Below, in pieces: positions 1 through 10,225 of a DNA stretch of 64,000 bases. This stretch comes from Phyllosticta citribraziliensis (Eukaryota). The notes beneath the pieces were generated by a model. That model searched no databases. It had not been told where the DNA came from and saw nothing but the letters and a program-made list of their open reading frames with translations. The number at the start of each line of letters is the position of its first letter. Position 1 is the first letter of the stretch. Position numbers and translations under genes: made by a program. Location: contig NW_027117343.1 of the NCBI RefSeq assembly GCF_038025025.1, forward strand, positions 1,860,001 to 1,924,000, written 5' to 3'.

Positions 1-3000
1 ATGTCGGCGCTGCTTGCTTTATGACGGGGGAAATGAGAGGATAAGGGGGTTCTGGTAGAACGTCTGACACAGCAAGACGGGCGGCAGCCACCGCAGTCAA
101 ATCGTCTGGAAGGAGTTGTAGACGCCGACAGTTTTCGATTGGTTGGCTTCTTGTGGTGAGCCGAGCTTTCCAGCGCTGATGTCGTGGATGAGGGAGCAGA
201 TTCAACGGGAGAGTGTAGGGGGTTTTATACGCTGAAGGAGGGCTAGCGCTTGTGATTTCCTACTTCTAGCGCGCGGGGGCAATGCGGCCCATGTAACGGC
301 TGGAGCCCCTGACAGAGGAGTAGTATTTAAGTAGGAACTGACCTCGCACTTCTCTCACCAGTTGCGGATGCAGTGCCTTGGCTTTCCAAAAGCTGAGGAG
401 AACTGCCAGCGACACTGTTGCAGAAGCTCAAAAGGATCCCCACTGTTGGTTTCCGTCGGCTGCCTTTTCTCTCTTTCCTTTCTCTTCCTGGGGAGTCAGA
501 GGACGCAGCAACAGACAGCAATCCAGGGGTTCCATGGCACAGTGTCGCCGTCCACTAGTAAGGACACATGATGAACACTATCGCCGTCGAGGTATAAATC
601 TGCGTCTCCACGCGAAGAGTATTAGGAAAAAGGTTATGAAAAGAGCAACCACCACAGCCAAAGAGTGATCCTTTTCGGTAATGGAGCCACCAACAGTGGC
701 ATAATAGCCTCGTGGTTGCCACACAGCTCAGCGCGCTGGAATGACAAGAAGAAGGACATAGCTAAGAGCAAGAAGCTTCTTTTATACCTTAAAGGAGAGA
801 GGAGACGTGGGCAAAGTCATATGTGCTGTGTCTTTATGATGCAGTGGCTTCCATTTCCTGCTTCGGCGCGACTGTGTCGACGTGTCGACGTGGCTGGCGT
901 TGCATGTGACACCCCTACCTGCTGCCTTGCCTGGTACTCTTGCCCCTGAAGCTGCAGAGTATAAAAGCTGCCTACCCCCTTCTCAACGGATTCCTGCATC
1001 AAACGGACAGAGTTACAAAGCTTCGAAGGATGATAAGGTAGTCGGACTGTCTGTCTTTGTTTGGTAGGGACTCAACGACGCGACTGGTGCGCTCTGTTCT
1101 CCTCTTCTTGCCATCCTTTTGCATGCGCAATTCGCCATGGCGAAGCTTCAATTTGGCAGTGTTTTTGAGTATTCAAGGACTGCGGCGAGGCACCGTAATG
1201 ATGTCTAGCTGCGTTGAAGAACCACGACAATTTCCCAACATCGAAAGCAATTGGAGGAGAGGAATGTGTTTTCACCTCTGCACAAAGCCTCCACACAAAA
1301 CAGTCGTCATTCCGCTGAAGATGTTCGCCGACAGTCACAAAAGTCTTCGCGAGGGAAGTCATTAAGAGCTGAGAGGCTTGCAGACAAGTCAGCAAACAGA
1401 GACAGAAGGAGTAGTTTTATACCTTATGCGAGGGCGTAGAATGCGCTGGGCGCGCAACTCTGCCCTTGTGACTCTGAGCTTCTCGCCATTGCACGTGTCG
1501 TCCTTCAGGGCATCTGGCAGCGTCTTGAGGCCTATTTAAACCCACTCCTCCCTGTGCTAGAAATCTTTTGTCAACCAGACAGTCGGACATTGAGTGACTT
1601 CGCAAAGATTCGTACAGATGGACAACTGCTTGCCTTTATCAATCGCAAAATTTGTATGTTTCTTTTCTTCCGCTTCTTGTTTGTTGAGCCAGTGAGTCAT
1701 TCTGACAACTCGATTTCGTTGTGTTTTGGCGCGATGAACGGTCGCCGCATCAACAGGTAATGATGGATAGTGACGTAGCAAAAAATAGTGCTGGTAATTG
1801 AGTGGGGATTTGCAGAGGACGATGCAAGTAAATCCCTCCTCTCCAAAAGCACAAGAGAAGTAACAACTTTGATTTTTCCGAGCGAGTTACGAGTCTCAAA
1901 AGCCGCTCCTTGCGCCGTTGACTGAGTGAGGAGAGGGCAGTTTTATACGCAACCAAGGGCGCTGAAGAAGTCCGCACGCGCATTGCTCCTTGTGAGTCGT
2001 GACTGCCTGTGCTCAGGGGCAATTGATGATCGGGGGCGTCACACGTGTCACTCACCTCCTGGGTATTTAGGTCGTCAACTCCACCGGCAGACATTTTTTG
2101 ACTACCAGAACGACGACAGGATCTTGAGTTTCACAGGACAGCCTGACTGCCTGTTCACCACCAAGACCCAAGCTCTCATACACTGTCTCTATGCTCCTTT
2201 CCTTGCCCTCACTTCGCGGAACCGGGCGGCGAGAAAAGATGGAGTTTCTTTTGTGTTTTGCGCTTTTTTGCGTTGAGTGGCCGCAGCGAGGACCGATAAT
2301 AGTGGATGGCGGGACAATGGGGTGACGGTGGCCTCTAGGAACTTCGAGAAATCAGGAGCAGAGCCTCAGCTCGAATTTTCTGCAAAAAGCGCCGAAGGAA
2401 GTCGAAATTGGCTGGATCCTTCGCCAACGGTGCAGCTTTGCGATCTGCAACGTGTGCAGAACTTGCAAGAGGAGAAGCAGGAGTTTTATACGCGGCCGGA
2501 GGCGCCAAAGAGATGTGTGTGCGTTATTCCTCATCACAGGTATCTTTCAGGGGCACGTAGACGGGGCGCAGTCGCACGTATCACCTCTCTCCTGGAGTAT
2601 TTAAACGCTCCAGTTCGACCTGCAAACTCCTTCCGTCAACCAGACATGATTCTTCTTTTCTTTCTAGATTCTACCCTGAGCATTTCAGACTGTCTGCAAG
2701 ACTCACGCAATGAGCAATACTGTTGTGCTCTGCCTACGTCTGCCTCCTTATCTTTTCTATGACAGCAGTCAGGCAAGTCAATGGGGTCATCGCTTTGCGT
2801 CGTGGTGCGGCGAACGGTCGCAGCAATGACGGACAAAGATGAACAGCGGCGGAGTAGGAATATGGCCACATTCCTGGCCTCGAAGCGAAAAAGGGACGAA
2901 AATGCTACCTGCCCTTGCCCGCAATACAATGTTTGAACGAACTTGCGGCCAGGCAGTAGGATTTCCCCTGGTGCTTTGTCGCACAATCTGGGAGGTGTGC

Positions 3001-5200
3001 AGGCAGTATAGCAAGGAGGAAAGTTGCACTGACTTGAGCTCAGCAATTTATACCTTATGAGAGTGGAGTCGTAGTGGACGATACATGCCCATCTTGTCAT
3101 TTTCGCTTCTGATTCTCGACCTCCTGACCGCTGAGCGCCGATTCTCGGTATGATGATCGCTTGCCGCACGTGTCTAGTTCTTGAAGCTTGTGACTATCGG
3201 CCGGAGAGGTATATAAAGCGTGTCTTGAGTCCTTGGGTTTGCTTAATCAACGAGAGAGTGTTGACCTTCCGCGGTATTCACGATTTTTTTCGCTGTCCCG
3301 AAAAGTTTTGAGGGTCGCGATGACTCTGGGACCCGTTTGTCCCCATATTTCTTCTTCCAATCCCTGCTAGTCGCCGAGATGGCTGCTGAAGAGGCAAAGT
3401 TCCACCTTTTTTATAATGCAGTGTTGAAGCAAAGACAAGTGACGACGGGCAGCGTCGTGAGAGGAATATGATGCCGGTTTCCAACCTGGTAGGAATTCCG
3501 CGTGGAGAGACAAAGCACCCGCCCCCCGAAAGTGCAATCCAGAATAGATTTGGCTCCCAACAATAGGTATTCGACCTCTCTAGCCCTTAGTGAAAGGGCC
3601 AAGGTGTTCTGTTTGCCAGGACATGGACGCTGGGGAGAGCGAGACAGGGCGGTGGTCGTGGTTTTTATACGTGGCGGAGGCGGAGATGGGGCTTGCAGAA
3701 TGTTGACAGGCTTCAGAGTTTCGCGTGTGGCATGTGTCTGCGGGGCCCGTGACGGCCACCTGCCTCAGAGATATCCTGACTGCGCGTCTCCTGTGGCTAT
3801 CTAAAGCGCGCCTGTATTCTTTGATTAGCTTCCTTCAGCTGCAAAAGACATGTTGAATTCCAAAATTCTTCGCCGAAATCCACGAGTACTGAAAGCACCC
3901 CCTGGAGATCCTACTGGTGGGTCCTGTGTCTTTTCGGTCCTTTGAAATTGCCAGGAGGCTCTTAGCTTCTAGAATGCGCTGGAGAGCATTGTCGGATGTT
4001 GATGATGGCTGATGTGACGGAAGCATGATGCCTTGTTGTCCAGACAAGCGATACTGTGGACAGTCGCTCTGGTTGCGAATCGAGATGAGGAAGAAGTACG
4101 GGTAGGATGAGAAACACCGGACCCTCCACAGCAGTGTAATACACGATGACATCTCTGAACAGAGCGTTAGCAATCGCTGCAAAGGCGAATAGTTAGAGAG
4201 AGGGAGAGAAAGGACGGGGGGTTTTATGCCCACAGACGAAGGAGCCGTAGAACGAGATTTGTTGCCAGTCGTGTGACTATCTTGGATTTCGATCTCGTGA
4301 ATATCTGACTTGTGCGTTCGAAAGAATTGCGTCCCACTCGAATGTCTGTCCTTACTCACAAGGAAATTTTGGGCTACAGATGTGCAATGGAGACAGTACG
4401 ACAAATTACGATCAAACGCACTTGGACCTTTTGCCTGTTCCGCGCTCTCTCAAGTGATTGACAGAAAATTTGAAGGTTTTCTTGACGTAGCAGTATCGTG
4501 TGTCGATGACGGACAATGTGCCGAAGGAAAAATGCTGTTCCTCTCCACACGCAATGTTGCAAGCACTCGCCATCCCAGGAAATCGACAGCAAGAAGTCAG
4601 ACCGCCATGCCCAGTGCCCTCCAAGCCCACCGCAGTCTCGATCCTCAGCACAGCCGCTCACAGCAGCCAGTAAGTTCAGTCGATAGTAGTCGGCAAAGCA
4701 GTGCGCCTGCAATCAGTGTCGAAAAAGTGAAGAGGAGAAGACGCAGCGAGCGGCGCGCGTTTTATCCTAGAGCAGGCGGCAGACGTAGAACACGCGATGC
4801 GGTCAGCGGGTTGTCCTCGTGCCTAGCCTTTCCTGTTGCCTTGCCACATGCTGAAGGGGAGTCGGTGCGCTGTCTCCTGACGGGTGGTCGGTGGGTCGGC
4901 TTGTGAACGTCGGGCTCGTGAAAGCCTGGCTGCCGCCAGCGGAACGTGTACTTAATCCCTGGAGTGCGATGTTTCTCTCATAGAGTCGCAGAGAGTCGAT
5001 TCCGCAACCATGGACACAACTTACCCTCTTGCTTGACTGTCTCTGGGGTTGGTGTGCACCTCTCCAACCTTTCCATCCTACCTACTTTGTCCTCCTGTCT
5101 GGATGGCAAGCAGTGGTGGGCGACCGTCGACGAGTGTTTGCGCTTTGTTGTCTTTTAGATTCCGATACTCTGCATCATTGAGCATTATGCCACGATGAAG
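1..5200. repeat. Degenerate tandem array (>=9 units, ~570 bp period) of divergent TATA-box pairs, apparently non-coding; open at left window edge
   Basis: Minus-strand TATA boxes (+ strand TTTTATAC-like) at 223, 780, 1415, 1941, 2484, 3046, 3663, 4222, 4760. Plus-strand TATA-like boxes at 324, 960, 1533, 2064, 2598, 3210, 3798, 4949. Exact k-mers shared between units at matching offsets: GTCAACCAGACA 1570/2635, GAACGGTCGC 1736/2812, ATGACGGACAA 2826/4506, TTTATACCTTATG 1416/3047, CGCCGACAGT 123/1326. Confidence 0.8.
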
Positions 5201-6268
5201 GGGCCTGGCGAGATAAAGAAGCGGTGCTGCCGTTGGCGGTGTTCGAGTCCAAAGTCGACTCGAATGCGGCGAATGGATAACTTCCAGGTCTCTCTTGCTG
5301 ACTTTGAAGGTCGTTGAAGGGCTTTGGCTCTCATTTGAGCGCTGTGTTGTTCCTGTTCATTGCGCACGTCGTCTTTTCGGGCGGTGTGTCGGCCAGCTGT
5401 CTCGTTGGAGATTTCTCCCCTTGAGGCGCAACTCAGAGAAGTGCAAGGGTTTCGGCGCTGAGAGAGGCTCCGTTGATTCTGTCCAAGCGGTGATAATGAT
5501 GGATTGAGCTGTTGTCGCGTTGCTGGAAAGCGGCATGCGTGGGGACGCCTCGTTGTGCTGTAGATGGTAGTCAGCCAGCGGGTTCTCCCTACTCTTTCAG
5601 TGTCCATACCCGCCAACCTCAACCCCACGAACGCTTTCTGAATAGCATGCGTCGATAGTACTTATCACCCGTCATCGAATGCGCCCTAAATGCGTACTCT
5701 TCTTTGCTGGTGTCGATGTTGGCGTGCAAGTGATGCTGAGTCGACTCGGCGACGCGAGGCGGGAGCCAGTGACCCGCCGTGACGAGCACAAAACAACCTG
5801 CTCTTCTCCTGAACCTCTCGATCACCTCTCCAGACACGTACCCGCAACGTCTTCCTTTCATCCTGGCAAGGTCTTGTCCAGCGTTGAGCTTCTGTGAGTA
5901 AAAACGGGGTTGGATCTTGACCCGCTCGCTCACGTCACGCTCCCAGCTGCTGCCCACAACCTAAACTCCACGTCTGACGGCCAATCGCTCACGATATTGA
6001 GCCGGCAACCCACCCTGGAGCAGTTTCATCTTCATTGCCAACAGAGAGGAGCTCTAGAAGCCTCATCGCCCAGCTTTCATCCGGATTCGGCGAGGTATGG
6101 GGCTCCAACGCTGCAGTCCCAGAGTCTCGCGTCCAGAATGGCATAACTGACAAGTGTTCCAGCAGCAGAAGAGACAGCAAGAAGAGCGGTCGTCCGTCTA
6201 GTTCTCTTCTCGAATACCGTTGCGTAGCAGACGAAGTCTCCCAGCTCTTGAAAACTCTGTCTTTCGCC

Positions 6269-7447
6269 ATGCCATCCTTCGGCGTTCGAAACGGGCGCTT
6301 CGTTGTTGTCAAAGAGGAGGCCGATATCAACGCCCACCGCCACGCTCTTCCTCCTCCTCCTCCTCCTCCTCTTCCACCCACCCCAGCTCAGCATACACCA
6401 GGCGATCCACAGCTCAAGCCCTCTCTCATCGTCAAGTTGAAGCTGCCCGCCCAGCGTCCCCAACCCAGCAAGGTCGCCAAGCTCCACATACGTCCAAGCA
6501 ACATCGTCGGCGTCGCCAACCCCAGCAACGCAGAGCCCACGCCCAGGCAAATCCGAGCACGTATCGAACTTCTTGAACGACACAACGCCGAGTTAGCCAG
6601 ACAGAGAGCAGCTGCCGCCGCCGCTCAGCCCCAGCAATCCAGCTCGCCAGCCAGACCACCACCACCCCAACGCACTCTGCCTCCCCCAATGTCGCCAGCA
6701 CGCAAGCGCCAGTCGAAGCGCAAGGGCGCGAAGAAGGGCAAGGCTGCTTCTACGCCGCAGGACGAGACGACAACGCGTCCGGAGACGGCTGCCTCGCCTG
6801 CGTCGCCCGCTCAGTCGTCCACTGCCTCCACGGCCACCGGCCACCGCTCGTCGACGCCTCTGGAGCTTCACCCCACACCCACGTCGAACGCTCCCCGTGC
6901 CCGCACGCCCGTCGCGCCCACCATCCGGGCTGAGGCGCAAGCTCTCGGCGTCGGAGCTCGCGAGCTCCAGCAGGCGCAGCAGACCCACGACGCGGAGACC
7001 ATCGAGGCCGCGCTCATACTCATGGCCATCTCGCGTGGCGCGCCGCTCGGCTATGGAGCGTTCAACCCACTGGCGCAGTACGCCGTCACGGCTGCTCCCA
7101 GCCCGCCCGCCAACATGCCGCAGCTCACGACTGCTCCCACCGCCGGCCCCAGCACCACCACCATCGCCGCCGCCAGCACCTCCGCCGCCACCCCCGTCCC
7201 CACCACCACGGCGCAGCCCACAACTGCTCCCACCGCGCCCCCACCCCCCGAGACCAAAGACGCCTTCGCGGCGCGCTTTGGCCGCCTGCACGCGGGCCAG
7301 GAGGAGAAGGCGCGCGAGCAGGCGGAGTGGGACGAGCGGGTCGAGAAGGGCAAGAAGGAGTTCGACGAGAAGTACCCCGGCGCAGATGAGGAGTTGATGG
7401 CGTGGAGGGAGGAGAAGAGGCCGAGGGGTTGGAGGTATGAGGAGTAG
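6269..7447 (+). CDS. Hypothetical Pro/Ala/Thr-rich, probably disordered nuclear protein (~392 aa)
   Basis: Long ORF with strong GC3 bias from ATG 6269 (GCCATG context; MPSFGVRNGRF...) to TAG 7447. Basic NLS-like RKRQSKRKGAKKGK; short helical motif ETIEAALILMAISRG. Confidence 0.75.
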   Translation: MPSFGVRNGRFVVVKEEADINAHRHALPPPPPPPLPPTPAQHTPGDPQLKPSLIVKLKLPAQRPQPSKVAKLHIRPSNIVGVANPSNAEPTPRQIRARIELLERHNAELARQRAAAAAAQPQQSSSPARPPPPQRTLPPPMSPARKRQSKRKGAKKGKAASTPQDETTTRPETAASPASPAQSSTASTATGHRSSTPLELHPTPTSNAPRARTPVAPTIRAEAQALGVGARELQQAQQTHDAETIEAALILMAISRGAPLGYGAFNPLAQYAVTAAPSPPANMPQLTTAPTAGPSTTTIAAASTSAATPVPTTTAQPTTAPTAPPPPETKDAFAARFGRLHAGQEEKAREQAEWDERVEKGKKEFDEKYPGADEELMAWREEKRPRGWRYEE

Positions 7448-7627
7448 GGGGTGAGGGGGGGTGTTGTACATTATTTGTAAAGTAGAAACTGAGATATGGG
7501 ATGGGATGGATGGGATGGGACGACGCGTAGACGAAGTAATGAAGGAACTCTCCACTCTAAAAAAGGTCTCTCAAACACTGAATAACTTACTGACTCACTT
7601 TGACCAACCCTACATACACATCCCCCC

Positions 7628-9626
7628 TCACGCCGCCCCCTCCGTGTAATCCGCCCCCCTCTTCGTACTCGCGCTCCCCGCCTCGCCCCTCGCAAACCGA
7701 CTCGCCTCCTCCCGCCCCACGCGCCGCAGCGGGCGATACACCGGCTCCCACATCTGCTCCTGGATCCAAGCATCCAACTCGGCATCATCCCCCGGGATGC
7801 CGCGCTGCGTCGCCAAGCCCTCGGCCTGCGCGGCGCGGATGACGGCGTGCGCGATGCGCACGCTGATGTCGCGGACGGCCGTGACGTCGGGGAGCAGGGC
7901 GCGCTCGCGGGGGGAGCCCTTGGCCGCGGGATCGAGCGCGGGTGCTTGCTGCGCCAGCGCGTTGGTGGCGGCGACGAGGAGGCCGGGCGAGAGGCGCGAC
8001 GCGCGACACAGCACGGCGCCGAGGCCGATGCCGGGGAAGGTGGTCGAGTTGTTGCACTCGGCGACCTCAAACTGGCGGCCGTCGTGGGTGACGGGGGCGA
8101 AGGGGCTGCCGGTGGCGACGAGGCAGCGGCCGGCGGTCCACGCGAACAGGTCGGCGGGCGTCGCTTCGTGCAGCTTGGTCGGGTTGCTGAGCGGGAAGAT
8201 GATGGGGCGCGCGACGTGGGCGGCCATTTCGCGCACGACGGCTTCGGTGAAGGCGCCTGGCTGCGTCGACGTGCCGATGAGGACGTGCGGCTTGACGGCT
8301 TTGATGACTGACAGCAAGTCGCCGTGCGGTTTGTCCGCCCATTCGGCGTCGTCGCGGGCGTAGCTGAGTTGGGCGGGGGTGAGATCCTTTTGCTTGGACT
8401 TGAGGAGGAGGCCGGGCTTGTCGATGCACCTGGGACGAGGTCAGCAGTCACTAAAAGGGTAGATTAAAGGAGTTAGTGAGTGGCGTACCAGACCTGCTTG
8501 CCGGCGTCCTCCTTGGAGCGTGACGTGTTGATGGCGATGGCGTCTTTGATCTGGTCAGCAATGCCCGTTCCCGCGGTGCCAGAGCCAAAGAGGACGATCC
8601 GCAGGTCCTCGTACTTGACGTCCGCCACCTTCAGCGCCGCCATGACGGCTGCGAGCGTGACACATCCCGTTCCCTGCACGTCGTCGTTGAAGCAGGCAAA
8701 CTGCGGCTGGTACTTGTCCAGAATGCGGCGCGCGTTGTGCAGGCCGAAGTCTTCAAAGTGGATGTAGGCGTTGGGGTATTTCTCTCGCGCAGCGCGGATG
8801 AACTTGTCGACAAACTCGTCGTACTCCTTGCCGCGCGCCCGGGGCCGACGCAGACCCAGATACAGGTCGTCCTTGAGAAGCTCCTCGTTGTTCGTCCCGC
8901 AGTCCAAGACGACGGGCAGCGTCCGCGCGGGATGGATGCCCGCACAAAGCGTGTAGATGACGAGCTTGGCAACAGAGATGAGAATGCCGCCAACGCCCTG
9001 ATCGCCAATCCCCAGAATCTGCTCGCCGTCGCTGACGACAATCAGGTCGATTTCGTCGGGCGAGCCAAACTGGTTCAAGTCATCGGCGATGCGGTCCTGG
9101 TCCTCGACGTTCAGAAAGCAGCCCTCGGGCCGCCTGAACAGGCGCGAGTAGTTGGCGATGGCGTCGCCCTCGGTCGGCGTGTAGATGATGCTGAACATTT
9201 CCTTGAGGTGGTCGTGGATGAGGCGGTAGTACAGCACGGCATTCTGCTCCTTCATGCTCGTCATGAACGTGTTCTTGGCCAGGTCATCGCTGCGGCTGCG
9301 GTACTGCTGGTACGCGCGCTTGACTTGGTCGTCCAGAGTCTGCACGTTGGGCGGGAGCAGCCCGTGCAGCTTGAATTCGGTGCGCTCCTCGGGAGTGAAG
9401 GCTGAGCCTTTGTTGAAGTATGGGTCGTTGAGGAGAGCGGATCCCTACGCAATGTTAGTATCGAAAGTGGATGAGGAGTGAGAATGGCTTGGGAGGGATG
9501 GGATTCTCTTGTGCGGATGCTTGCTCTTTGGAGAAGACAAACACAGGTCCTGTCCAAACTTACCGTCAACGCGCATTCTATAGGTCCAGAAGTGGACAAA
9601 GGCAGCTTTCCAAACTTGGAAGACAT
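7628..9626 (-). CDS. Malic enzyme (malate dehydrogenase, decarboxylating; probably NAD-dependent); exons 9626-9564, 9444-8489, 8429-7628
   Basis: Motifs NKGSAFT, IIYTPTEG, VSDGEQILGIGDQG, HFEDF, FNDDVQGTG, GSGTAGTGIA, IFPLSNPT, ECNNSTTFPGIGLG. GT-AG introns 9563-9445 (branch TACTAAC) and 8488-8430 restore the frame. Confidence 0.95.
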
Positions 9627-10225
9627 GACGACGAAGCTCTGGTGTTGAAGATGTACAGAGGTTGCAGTAGATGAAGAAACGCAATGCAAAAGGACGGGAT
9701 CCAGGGGCAGCGAGGCGGGGTCGGAGCAAGGAAGAAGCTCCCAGAGCGGTGGTTTGTTCGAAAGGCTTCCTGGACAGCACCTCGAAGAGCAGGGGACCGT
9801 GAGGCGACGCGCGCTTCAATCAAGCTTTATCAATGTGATGCGCTGGGTACATTATTGCATGTCCGGGTACCGATGCCGCGCAGGTCGAGTTACGTTGGCT
9901 ATAGCTCCAGAAGCTCCCCGCCATGACGTAGCGACGTCCCGCATAACGACGCGCCCTGCTTTTGCGCCGACAAGAGCAGACCGAGTTATCGCACGCTTCC
10001 ATTCGTGCCCATGTTACATGCAAGGAATCAAGCCTTGGGCTGACAGCTAAGCTCATCGTCACATGCACCGCCGTTTTTCCCGGCGCCGACCGCTGTCACT
10101 TTTGCGCTGCCGCTCTGCAGCACAGCGTTTGGCGCTTCTGATTGGACGTCTTGCTGCAAACTATGCGCCTGTGTTGACATGGACGAATGGCAGAATAAAA
10201 AATCCACACACCTGAAAAAGCTTGC

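Noticed and set aside
568..574. ATGATGA as box C of a C/D snoRNA cluster
   Set aside because: The perfect box C is not kept at the midpoint of the other units, and I found no consistently placed box D (CTGA) with a terminal stem; kept only as a test to run.
1..5200. Array as CRISPR, tRNA/5S cluster or solo-LTR tandem
   Set aside because: No identical short repeats, no cloverleaf or consistent A/B boxes, no TG...CA termini or TSDs, no RIP signature.
327..5957. Many 60-200 aa ORFs in the ORF track across the array region
   Set aside because: No codon bias, many non-ATG starts, and no frame or peptide conserved between homologous units.
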